From NCBI GenBank assembly GCA_051876105.1, contig JBJEHN010000073.1, positions 4,555-68,554 on the forward strand: 64,000 nucleotides of DNA, written 5' to 3'. Source of the DNA: Coriobacteriales bacterium (lineage in GTDB: Bacteria > Actinomycetota > Coriobacteriia > Coriobacteriales > QAMH01). Under the pieces are notes generated by a model. That model saw only the letters and a program-made list of their open reading frames with translations. It had not been told where the DNA came from and made no database searches. Position 1 is the first letter of the stretch. Every line of letters begins with the position of its first letter. The position numbers were made by a program, and so were the translations under genes. This document shows, one piece after another, positions 1 to 9,000 of this stretch.

Positions 1-573
1 GCCGTGTGCAGCGGGGAGGTTGGCGGCACCGGGGTTGAAGCCCCAGAGGATGACGCACTTGGACCCGCCCAGGTCGGTCTCGAAGGGAGACCAGCCGGCC
101 ACTGCGGTCTCGACCATGAAGGTGGGGACCCAGCAGAGCAGGGAGTTGTGGCACACGTTGGGCGTGCCGAAGAGGTTCATGAAGCGGCGGCGCGCCCAGT
201 CATCGGTACGCAGGGTACCGGCGATGGCGGCCACGGCCTCTGCGCCGCTCTCTGCCTTGATGGTGTTGATCTTGTCTGCGATCTCGGTCAGGGCCTGGTC
301 CCAAGAGACGCGCTCCCACTTGTTCTCGCCCTTCTTACCCGCGCGCTTGAGCGGGTAGTTGATGCGAGTCGGGGCATCGTAGAAAGTCATTGCCTGATTG
401 CCACGTGCGCACAGACCACCGGCGTTGGACGTGTTGGGATCGCCCTCGGTGTACAGCAGCTCGCCATCCTTAACGTAGGCGAGAACGCCGCAGTTGTGGT
501 GGCAGAAGTAGCAACAGGTTTTCCTGACCTCGACACCCTCCATTTGAAGGACTTCGAGTTTCCTGTCTGTCAC
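1..573 (-). CDS. Molybdopterin (MopB/DMSO-reductase superfamily) oxidoreductase catalytic subunit, first 191 codons; the rest lies beyond the window start
   Basis: Not in the ORF track because there is no stop in the window. Hand translation of the minus strand from GTG 573-571 (GGAGGAG 4 nt upstream) gives VTDRKLEVLQMEGVEVRKTCCYFCHHNCGVLAYVKDGELLYTEGDPNTSNAGGLCARGNQAMTFYDAPTRINYPLKRAGKKGENKWERVSWDQALTEIADKI... This shows the CxxCxxxC...C 4Fe-4S N-domain and the conserved W..VSWD.AL block. The frame stays open to position 1. No twin-arginine signal is seen. Confidence 0.65.
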   Translation of the reverse strand, partial: MTDRKLEVLQMEGVEVRKTCCYFCHHNCGVLAYVKDGELLYTEGDPNTSNAGGLCARGNQAMTFYDAPTRINYPLKRAGKKGENKWERVSWDQALTEIADKINTIKAESGAEAVAAIAGTLRTDDWARRRFMNLFGTPNVCHNSLLCWVPTFMVETAVAGWSPFETDLGGSKCVILWGFNPGAANLPAAHG

Positions 574-876
574 TTGCTCCTCCTTTTCCTTCTTCTCTCT
601 CAGCATCTTGCATATGCCGGGCACCGGGTGCCGGCTGCAAGTATCGTCCGCGCTCTTCAGCCCCCTCCCTTCCCAAATAGAAAGAGGGCACAGAGATACC
701 ACGGGCACGATATTCCAACCCATAATGGACCAAATCGATACCACCCTCAACAGAAAACCCTCCACTAAGAACTTATGAAGTGGCAAATGGTTTATGTTTT
801 TTAAAGTATAATGTCTGGTCCTGAGCTGCACAGTCACGGAACGGGATGAACTGCAACGTCCCTGCAGCTGCATAAC

Positions 877-908
877 AAGCAGGCCCCGGCACGTGCCGGG
901 GCCTGCTT
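877..908 (-). terminator. GC-rich hairpin downstream of the trigger-factor-like gene
   Basis: AAGCAGGCCCCGGC-ACGT-GCCGGGGCCTGCTT forms a perfect 14-bp stem 23 nt after the stop at 931. There is no clean U-tract on the minus strand, so efficiency is uncertain. Confidence 0.45.
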
Positions 909-930
909 GCGCTTATATGCAGATATGGCT

Positions 931-1932
931 CTAGAGGGCCTGCTCCTCGGTGACCTCCGCGTGCTCGAGGAGATGTTTGTTGGCAGCGTAGCGGCGGGCC
1001 GCCATCTCGAGGCCCTTGAGCTGCTCTTCGTCTCCTGCCTCGCGCATGTTGTCCATCATCAGCTTGCCGCGGCCGTTGGACATGAGGTTGGCGACGTAGA
1101 GGACATCCTCCTCCGTCTGCTCAATGCCGTAGTGGCGCGCCCAGGAGTCCAGGACGAAGCCCTGCACCAGCATCTCGCGGACCTGCAGCATCAGCATCAT
1201 GTTGAACTGCTGCTTGTCCATGCCCTGGGCGGCGAGCAGGCCGTCGAGGTCGGTACCCTGGGTGCGAGCCTGCTCCTCGTAAGTGCGCAGGAGATCGTCG
1301 CGTGTTGACTCGTACCAGATGTCGTCGATGCTGCCCTTGAAGCGGGTGGCCAGCGCGCGGACGGCGCGGTCCATGAGCTCGCCCTCTGCCGTCTTGACGG
1401 CTTCTTGCTCGAGCTGCTTGCGCGTGCGGGCGCGGAAGGTCTCGACGTCCTTGCAGAGCATGATGTGCTTGGAAACCCACTCGTCCGTAAGCTCGGGCTC
1501 TGCCTCCTTGAGGACGGCGCGCACCGTGACCTCGGCGTGGAAGGGCCTCTCCTTGGCGTCTGGGTCGTCGAAGTCCGGGGCCTCGAAGTCGAAGGACTTG
1601 GACTCGCCCACCTTCATGCCCACCACGTTGCGGTCGAAGCCGATGGGCATGTAGCCCTGGCCCAGCGAGTAGACCTGCTTCTCGCTGCACAGGCCCTTGA
1701 CGTCCTCACCGTCCTTGTCGACGTGGATGGAGATCTCGATGACGTCCTTGGGGCCGGCGACCTGGCGCTTGGTGGGGACGTAGTCCTTGGAGGCGCCGTC
1801 CATGATCTGCTTGATGCGGGCCTCGAGGACCTCGTCTGTCACCACGTAGACCGGGCGGGTGACCTTGACGGGCTCGTAGCTCTCGAGCTCGTACTCGGGA
1901 GTGGGTGGGAGCTTCCTCTTGGTGTCTGCCAT
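931..1932 (-). CDS. Trigger-factor paralogue lacking the N-terminal ribosome-binding domain (FKBP-type PPIase plus TF C-terminal domain)
   Basis: 333-aa ORF. By eye it aligns to the PPIase and C-terminal parts of E. coli Tig: SLGQGYMPIGFDRNVVGMKVGE matches [20 protein letters not shown], and KLMMDNMRE matches ELMDNMRN. About 115 N-terminal residues, including the GFRxGxxP ribosome-binding motif, are absent. The start lies 9 nt after the mrp stop. Confidence 0.75.
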   Translation of the reverse strand: MADTKRKLPPTPEYELESYEPVKVTRPVYVVTDEVLEARIKQIMDGASKDYVPTKRQVAGPKDVIEISIHVDKDGEDVKGLCSEKQVYSLGQGYMPIGFDRNVVGMKVGESKSFDFEAPDFDDPDAKERPFHAEVTVRAVLKEAEPELTDEWVSKHIMLCKDVETFRARTRKQLEQEAVKTAEGELMDRAVRALATRFKGSIDDIWYESTRDDLLRTYEEQARTQGTDLDGLLAAQGMDKQQFNMMLMLQVREMLVQGFVLDSWARHYGIEQTEEDVLYVANLMSNGRGKLMMDNMREAGDEEQLKGLEMAARRYAANKHLLEHAEVTEEQAL

Positions 1933-1941
1933 GCGTAACCC

Positions 1942-2766
1942 CTAGAGCGCCTCGAGCTTGTCTGCGATGCCGGCGTACCAGCTGTTCTCGATGTCCTCGA
2001 CCTTGCCGGCGTCGACCTGAGCGGTGACCTGGGGCTCCATGGGGATGCGGGCCCAGGCGTCGATGTGCTTCTCCTTGGCGATGTACTCGACTTCCGACTT
2101 GCCGAAGATCTCGTGCTTCTCGTTGCAGGTGGGGCACTGGTAGTAGGACATGTTCTCGACGAGGCCCAGGACGGGGACCTTCATGCTCGCGCACATGCGG
2201 ATGCACTTCTCGACGATCATGTTCACCAGGACCTGCGGGGATGAGACCACGATGGCGCCGGCGATGGGGAACTGCTGGAAGACGGTCATGGGGATGTCAC
2301 CCGTGCCCGGGGGCATGTCGATGAGCAGGTAGTCCAGCTCACCCCAGTTGATGTCGCTGTAGAACTGGGTCAGCACGCCGTTGAGGACGGGGCCGCGCCA
2401 CAGGAAGGGGGTGGCCTCGTCTGCGGTGAGCATGTTGGTGGAAACGATCTTGATGCCGGTCTTGGTCACCGCGGGCAGCAGCATGCCGTCCTCATCGACC
2501 TGCGGGGCGCTGTGCACACCGAAGGAGCGCGGGATGGACGGACCGGTGATGTCGCCGTCGAGGATGCCGACCTTCTTGCCGCGGCGCTGGAGCTCGCAGG
2601 CGAGCAGCGCGGTGGTGAGGGACTTGCCCACGCCGCCCTTGCCGCTGGCGACGGCGATGATCTTGTCGATCTTGGTGCCCTCGTGCTGCTTGAGGGCCTG
2701 AGGTTCTGTGCGCTCGCCGCAGGAAGAGTCCCCGCAGGAGCCGCAGCTTCCGCTGCATCCAGCCAT
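1942..2766 (-). CDS. mrp: Mrp/ApbC/NBP35-family P-loop ATPase, Fe-S cluster carrier, with a Cys-rich N-terminus
   Basis: Deviant Walker A SGKGGVGKS, the conserved CPTCNEKHEIFG (CxxC) motif, and an N-terminal MAGCSGSCGSCGDSSCG stretch. I chose ATG 2766 (GGAGGA 6 nt upstream) rather than the track start at 2787. Confidence 0.9.
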   Translation of the reverse strand: MAGCSGSCGSCGDSSCGERTEPQALKQHEGTKIDKIIAVASGKGGVGKSLTTALLACELQRRGKKVGILDGDITGPSIPRSFGVHSAPQVDEDGMLLPAVTKTGIKIVSTNMLTADEATPFLWRGPVLNGVLTQFYSDINWGELDYLLIDMPPGTGDIPMTVFQQFPIAGAIVVSSPQVLVNMIVEKCIRMCASMKVPVLGLVENMSYYQCPTCNEKHEIFGKSEVEYIAKEKHIDAWARIPMEPQVTAQVDAGKVEDIENSWYAGIADKLEAL

Positions 2767-2858
2767 GATGTTTCCTCCAATAGCCAAAGGTAACGGCAGG
2801 CGCGGGCCTGCCGCTGCATATGTACGTCTGTTCCTTATAACCCAAAGGGTATGGCCCT

Positions 2859-2880
2859 AAGGTGACGAATCGGTGACCTT
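2859..2880. promoter_or_regulatory. Candidate operator in the mrp/tetR divergent region (imperfect inverted repeat)
   Basis: AAGGTGAC-GAATCG-GTGACCTT, with arms matching at 7 of 8 positions. It lies between the divergent mrp and TetR-family genes. Confidence 0.3.
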
Positions 2881-2908
2881 ATGCCCGCCTCGCTCCCGCC
2901 GCTGTGTG

Positions 2909-2938
2909 TTGGAAGAGCGGGCGCGCAGCTGTCATAAT
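2909..2938 (+). promoter_or_regulatory. Candidate sigma-70-type promoter for the TetR-family gene
   Basis: TTGGAA-N18-CATAAT, about 70 nt upstream of ATG 3008. Confidence 0.35.
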
Positions 2939-3007
2939 CACCCTCAAGCAGCCCCGGGGCCCGTTTTGCGGGCGCCCGCACAGGGCCGGATGCGAGAGGA
3001 GCAGGCT

Positions 3008-3619
3008 ATGGAGCCCGGAAAGACCGCAGCACGCGAGGGCCAGCGGGGCCTCAAGACCAGGGAGTCCCTGGCAGATGCCTTCGTGGGCCTGCTCTCGCAG
3101 GGGGTGCCGCTCAGCAAGCTGCGTGTGAAGCAGATCACGGACGCCTGCAGGGTGGACCGCCAGACCTTCTACTACTACTTCAAGAGCATCCCGCAGCTGG
3201 CCCAGTACGTCTACGAGCGCGAGCTGGAGCGCGCCTTCGGGCGGCAGGGCGCTCAGGACGGCGATCAACGGGGCTGGAAAGAGCGCGTGGGGCATACGCT
3301 CAACTGGCTGGCTGAAAACCCGGCCCTCAAGGAGATGATCGTGCCCTCGCTGGGCGACAAGGGCCTGCGCGAGGAGATCTGGAAGCTCGTGTACCGCGAG
3401 CTGGAGCTGGAGTTCCTCCCCAAGCTGCTCGCGGCGGGCATGGAGAGCGACGGCGCCCGGGAGCGCTGCCGCTACATCGCGCATATGTTGGAGTCCGCCC
3501 TCATGGGCTGGCTCAACGGCGAGATCGCGGCAGAGCCCGCCCGCGTGCTCGACTGCATCGAGGAGATGCTCGAGGACTACCTCGCCGGCCTGGGGGCGCG
3601 CCTGGGAGGCCGCTCCTAG
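3008..3619 (+). CDS. TetR/AcrR-family transcriptional regulator
   Basis: N-terminal HTH block LKTRESLADAFVGLLSQGVPLSKLRVKQITDACRVDRQTFYYYFKSIPQL. ATG 3008 has GAGGAG 6 nt upstream. The track ORF starts earlier, at GTG 2873. Confidence 0.85.
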   Translation: MEPGKTAAREGQRGLKTRESLADAFVGLLSQGVPLSKLRVKQITDACRVDRQTFYYYFKSIPQLAQYVYERELERAFGRQGAQDGDQRGWKERVGHTLNWLAENPALKEMIVPSLGDKGLREEIWKLVYRELELEFLPKLLAAGMESDGARERCRYIAHMLESALMGWLNGEIAAEPARVLDCIEEMLEDYLAGLGARLGGRS

Positions 3620-5043
3620 TCCAGGCCGCCGTCCTTCATCATCTTGGCGATGGCCTTCATGTCGACGCCCTCGAGCCCGGGGATGCCGGCGCCGCGGCCG
3701 AAGAGGCCCTTGCGCTTCTTGCCCTTCTTGCCCTTCGATGCCTGCTCGGCCTGCTTGGCCTTGGCGGTGAGCTTCTTCACCATCTTGCGGGTCTCGTTGA
3801 ACTTCTTGATGACCTGGTTGACCTCTGTGACGCTCAGGCCGCAGCCGCGGGCGATGCGCGCGCGCCTGCTGCCGTTGAGCACCTGGGGCTTGCGGCGCTC
3901 CTCTGGGGTCATGGAGTTGATGATGGCCTCGACGCGGTCGAGCTCGCCCTCGTCGACCCTTCCCTCCGCCTGGGCCTTGGCGCCGCCGGGCAAGGCCTCG
4001 ACGAGCTTGTTGAGGCCGCCCATCTTGCGGGTCTGGCCGATGACCGTGTAGAAGTCCTCGAAGGTGAACTCCGCCTTGGCGAGCCGCTCAGCCTCTTCTG
4101 CGGCGATCTGCTGCTCCTGGACCTCGACGGCCTTCTCGATGACGGAGAGGACGTCGCCCATGCCGAGGATGCGCCCGGCCATGCGGCTGGGGTGGAAGAC
4201 CTCAAGGGAGTCGGGCTTCTCGCCCGCGCTGATGAAGGCGATGGGCTTGCCAGTGACCTCGCGGATGGAGAGCGCGCCGCCACCGCGGGCGTCGCCGTCC
4301 ATCTTGGACATGATCACGCCGTCGAAGTCGACCTTCTCAGCGAACGCGGCGGCAGTCGTGACGGCGTCCTGGCCGGTCATGGCGTCGACCACGAAGAAGA
4401 TGTAGTCGGGCTTCACGGCATCGCGGATGGCGACGGCCTCGTCCATCATGGCCTCGTCCACGTGCAGGCGACCGGCAGTGTCGATGATGACCACGTCGCG
4501 CAGGTTGTCGATAGCATCGCGCACCGCGCCCTTGGCGATGCCGACCGGGTCGGCCCCGTCGCCGCGGAAGACGCGCACGCCCTGCTCGTCGCCGAGGGTC
4601 TGCAGCTGGTCTGCCGCTGCGGGGCGGTAGACGTCGCAGGCGGCGAGCAGCGGGGAGTGGCCCATCTTGGTGAGGCGATAGGCCAGCTTGGCGCTGGCGG
4701 TGGTCTTGCCGGAGCCCTGCAGACCCACCATCATGATGACGCCGGGGATGCGGCTGCCGAAGTCGAGGCGCACGGTCTCGCCGCCGAGCAGCGCCGTGAG
4801 CTCGTCGTTGACGATCTTGACGACGTTTTGGGCCGGCGTCAGGCTCTCCATCACCTCGGCGGCGAGGCAGCGCTCCTTGGTGCGCTTGACGAAGCCCTTG
4901 ACCACCTTGAAGTTGACGTCCGCCTCGAGCAGCGCCATGCGGATCTCCTTCATGGCAGCGTCGATGTCGGCCTCCGTCAGGCGGCCCTTGCTCTTGAGGC
5001 CGCCGAAGACTCCCTGGAGCTTTGCAGAAAGGTTCTCGAACAT
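3616..5043 (-). CDS. ffh: Signal recognition particle protein Ffh
   Basis: 475 aa: MFENLSAKLQGVFGGLKSKGRLTEADID..., GTPase motif GLQGSGKTT, and a Met-rich M domain with a basic tail. Confidence 0.97.
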   Translation of the reverse strand: MFENLSAKLQGVFGGLKSKGRLTEADIDAAMKEIRMALLEADVNFKVVKGFVKRTKERCLAAEVMESLTPAQNVVKIVNDELTALLGGETVRLDFGSRIPGVIMMVGLQGSGKTTASAKLAYRLTKMGHSPLLAACDVYRPAAADQLQTLGDEQGVRVFRGDGADPVGIAKGAVRDAIDNLRDVVIIDTAGRLHVDEAMMDEAVAIRDAVKPDYIFFVVDAMTGQDAVTTAAAFAEKVDFDGVIMSKMDGDARGGGALSIREVTGKPIAFISAGEKPDSLEVFHPSRMAGRILGMGDVLSVIEKAVEVQEQQIAAEEAERLAKAEFTFEDFYTVIGQTRKMGGLNKLVEALPGGAKAQAEGRVDEGELDRVEAIINSMTPEERRKPQVLNGSRRARIARGCGLSVTEVNQVIKKFNETRKMVKKLTAKAKQAEQASKGKKGKKRKGLFGRGAGIPGLEGVDMKAIAKMMKDGGLD

Positions 5044-5076
5044 AGGATCTTCCTCGGTACTGGTTGCTTGACGTTG

Positions 5077-5982
5077 CTAGGCCCGGCGCATCTCGCCGAA
5101 GAGCGCCTCGGCGAAAGCATGGGCGTCGAAGGGCTGGAGGTCCTCGATGGACTCGCCCACGCCCATGCGCAGGATGGGGAGCTGCAGCTCGTGCGAGACC
5201 GCCACGGCGATACCGCCCTTGGCCGTGCCGTCGAGCTTGGTCATGACCACGCCGTCGAGGCCCAGGGCCTTGTTGAACTCGCGCGCCTGCTGCAGGCCGT
5301 TTTGGCCGGTGGTGGCGTCGATGACGAGCACCACGCGCACGGGCATGGAGGCGCGCTTGCGGGTGACGGAGACGACCTTCTCGAGCTCGCGCATGAGGTC
5401 GGCGCTGGTGTGCAGGCGCCCGGAGGTGTCGATGAGCACGAGGTCGCTGCCCAGCTCCTCCGCGCGCTCGAGCACGTCGTAGCACACCGAGCCCGGGTCT
5501 GCGCCGCGCTCGCGCTTGACGACCTCGACGCCGCTGCGCTCGCCCCAGGCGTCGAGCTGCTCGATTGCCGCGGCGCGGAAGGTGTCCGCGCTGCCGATGA
5601 GGGGCTTGCGCCCTTGGGAGAGCGCCTGGTTGGCAAGCTTGCCAACCGTGGTGGTCTTGCCCGCGCCGTTGATTCCGACGAAGAGTATGCACACGGGGTC
5701 CTCGTCGAAGGGGTCCGGGTCCGCCTGGGCGAAGAGGCCCTCGATGGTCTGCGCGAGCAGGTCGAGGACGGCGTAGGCGTCCGGAAGGGCCTTGCGCGTG
5801 GCGGTGTCGCGCAGGCGCTCGACTATCTCGTCGGCGGCCTGGGCTCCGAGGTCGGCCAGGATGAGGGTCTCCTCGAGATCCTCCCAGAACCCCTCGTCTA
5901 CCTCCGGGCCGCGTTTGAACAGGACGTTCATGCTCTCGGTCAGGCTCTGGCGGGCCCTCGCGAGGCGTTCTTTCAGGGACAT
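5077..5982 (-). CDS. ftsY: SRP receptor FtsY (short form, NG domain only)
   Basis: 301 aa with GINGAGKTTTVGKLA, DTSGRLH and TKLDGTAKGG motifs. GGAGGAGG RBS. Confidence 0.96.
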   Translation of the reverse strand: MSLKERLARARQSLTESMNVLFKRGPEVDEGFWEDLEETLILADLGAQAADEIVERLRDTATRKALPDAYAVLDLLAQTIEGLFAQADPDPFDEDPVCILFVGINGAGKTTTVGKLANQALSQGRKPLIGSADTFRAAAIEQLDAWGERSGVEVVKRERGADPGSVCYDVLERAEELGSDLVLIDTSGRLHTSADLMRELEKVVSVTRKRASMPVRVVLVIDATTGQNGLQQAREFNKALGLDGVVMTKLDGTAKGGIAVAVSHELQLPILRMGVGESIEDLQPFDAHAFAEALFGEMRRA

Positions 5983-6010
5983 GGGAACCTCCTCCCCTGC
6001 TTGGTTGACA

Positions 6011-9000
6011 CTACTGGGCGCCGCTGAACGACTCCACGTCGCGCGGCGCGTTCGGCCCGCTGGCGTTGCGGATGGCTTGGTCGAGCTTCTGGCTCACGAG
6101 CTTGGAGACGCCGTCGCTGCGCATGGACACGCCGTAGAGGAGGTCTGCCATCTCCATGGTGCGGCGCTGGTGGCTGATCATGATGACCTGGGTGGTGGTG
6201 CGGATGGAGTCCAGGTACGAGAGCAGCCTGCGGAGGTTGGTGTCGTCGAGGGCGGCCTCGACCTCGTCGAGGATGTAGAAGGGCGTGCTGTTGACCTTGT
6301 ACACCGCGAACATGAGGGCCAGGCTCACCAGGCTCTGCTCGCCGCCCGAGAGCAGGCTCTGCTTGCGCACCGCCTTGCCGCGCGGCTGGGCGTGGACCTC
6401 GACGCCGGTCGTCTCCGGGTTCTCCGGGTCGGTGAGCTCGAGGTGGCCCTGACCTCCGGGGAACAGCGACTGGATGATCTCCTGGAAGTTGGCGTTGACC
6501 TGGTTGAAGGTCTCCATGAAGCGGTTGCGCATCTTGCGGTCGATGGCGGCGACGATGCGGTCGAGCGCCTTGGCCGCGCCCTCGAGGTCCTCGACCTGGA
6601 TGGCGATGAAGTCGCGGCGCTCCTTGAGCTTGCGGTACTCCTCAACGGCGACGGGGTTGACGCTGCCGAGGCCCTTGATGCGCTTGGCGAGCCTGTCGCG
6701 GCGCTGCTCGAGCTCCACGCGGTCCTCGGGGGCCGGGATCTCCAGGGCGATGTCGAGCAGGACGCCGTTTTCCTCGGTGATGACCTTGATGGCCTGCTCG
6801 ACGCGCACCTCGAGCTTGGACTTCTCGATGCGCGCCTGCACCAGGTCCTCGCTGGCGGCGTCGAGCTGGGCCTGCTGCTCCTGGGCGGCGCGGCGCGCCT
6901 CCTCGATGGTGTTGCGCAGGTCGCCCTGACCCGCCTGCTCGAGCTGTGCGCGGCCCCTCAGCATCTCGGCCTTCTCGCGCACGATGTCGCGCAGCTCGGT
7001 GAAGACCTGGTAGAGGGGCTCGACCCGCAGGCGCAGGATCCCGAGATTGCGCTCGGTCTGGTGGGAGACCTCGAGCTGGCCCTCGAGCTGCTCGATGGTG
7101 CGGGAGCTGGTGTCGCAGGTGGCGCGCAAGTGGCGTTCGCGCTCGCGCACGGTGGCGAGCTCGACCTGGAGCTGCTGGATGCGGGTAGTGGAGGCGGTCT
7201 CCTCCTGGAAGAGCCTGGTGCGCTCGACCTTGGCAGCGGCGGCCTGCTCCTCGAGCTCGGCGCGCTCTGCGCAGAGCTGCTCCTTGCGCTCCTGGAGCTC
7301 TGCCACGCGCTGGCGCGTCTCCTCGGTCTCGCGCGCGACCTTCTCGCGGCGCAGGCTTATCTCCTCGCGCTCCTGCATGAGGCCGGTGATGCTCGCCTCG
7401 AGGCGGCCCACCTCCTCGCGCAGGGAGTCGCGCTCGCCGTTGAGCTGCGCGATCGACTGCGAGAGCTCGAAGTCGTCTGCCTGAGCTACTTGGAGGCGCG
7501 CCTCGGCCTGGGAGAGCTCCTCGAGCGCGGCCTCGACGGCGGTCTGGGCGGCGGGGACCTCCTCGCCCAAGGCAGCGATGCGGCGCTTGCGGGCGAGCAC
7601 GCCCTCGGTGTCTGCAGAGGGCTGGCCGATGCAGATCTTGCCGCTGGGCCACACGACCACACCCTCGCGCGTAACGAAGCGTGCGCCTGCGCCGGCGCCG
7701 ACGGCGCTGAGCGCTTCCTCGAGGCTGTCTGCCAGGTAGACGTCGCCCAGCAGGACCTCTGCCACAGCCGCGTTGCGCGGGTCGACGTCGAGCAGCTCGA
7801 GCAGGCGGGTCCCGCGCGCGGCGGCGCCCTGCGCCTTAGCGCAGCCCTCGAGGGGCACGAGCGTCAGCTCGCCGCCCTCCTCGTCGCCGGCGAGCAGGCG
7901 CTCGGCGAGCTTGAGGGCGCTGGAGGTGTCTTGCGTGGCCAAGCCGAAAAGGTCCTCGCCCAGCAGCAGCTCGACGAGGTGCTCGAGCTCTGCAGGGGCC
8001 CTCAGCAGCTCGCTCAGGGGGGCGACGATGCCATCGCCGTCTACGCGCTGGGCGAGGGCGCGGCTCAGCAGGGGGCTCGCCTCGTCGAAGGCGCGGTCGA
8101 CCTCCTTGAGGCCCCTCAGCTCCGCTTGGAGCCCGGCGGCGGCATCGCGCTTGTCGCCCACCACGCGGCGGGCGTCGTCGACGAGGCGCACGCGTTTGTC
8201 GATGTCGCTTTTTGCCAGGGCGGACTCGTGTTGCAGTTCCTCGAGGCGCTCCTCGAGCTCACCGATGCGCGAGCGGCGCGCGGCAAGCGTGGCCTGCGTT
8301 GCGCCGAAGCTGTCGTCGATCTGCTGGGCGCGGCGCTGCAGCAGGTCGTCTTCGACGTCTGCGGTTGCCAGGCTCTCCGTGGCCTTGAGCGCCTGCAGGG
8401 TGAGCTCGTCGATCTGGCGCTCGTGAGCGCGCAGCGCGCCGTTGAGGCGCCCGAGCTCGATGTCGTGGCCCTTGCGCTGGCGGCGGGTCTCCTCGAGGGC
8501 GATGCTCGCCTCCGAGACCTGGCCCTGCACGGCCTTGAGCGAGGCCTCGGCCTCAGCCTGATCCACGCTCGCTCTCTCGAGGCGCTCGCGGGCCTCGGCC
8601 AGGCCCCTCTCGCTCTGGTGAATGGTCTGGCGCAGCTCGGAGAGGCGGGTCACCATGTTGCGGCCCTTCTCCTCGAGCAGCAGCATGCCGCTGTCGAGCT
8701 GGGCGAGCACCATCTGGCAGCGGCGGCGCTGCTCGGCCAGGTCGCCCACGAAGAGGCCCTTCTCCTCGAGCAGGCGCTGGAGCTTCTCGAGCTCGCGATT
8801 GCGCTCGTCCAGGCGGTAGCGCACCAGCTCGACACCGGCGTCCGCTTCCCTCTCGCGCAGCTCGAGGGCCTCCCACTCGCGCTGCAGCGAGCGCAGGTCG
8901 TCGACGGCGAGGGTCAGGTTGACCTCCTTGAGCTCGCCGGCGAGCTGCTCGTACTGCTTGGCGCGGCTGGCCTGGCGCTCCAGCGGCCTGAGCTGGCGGT

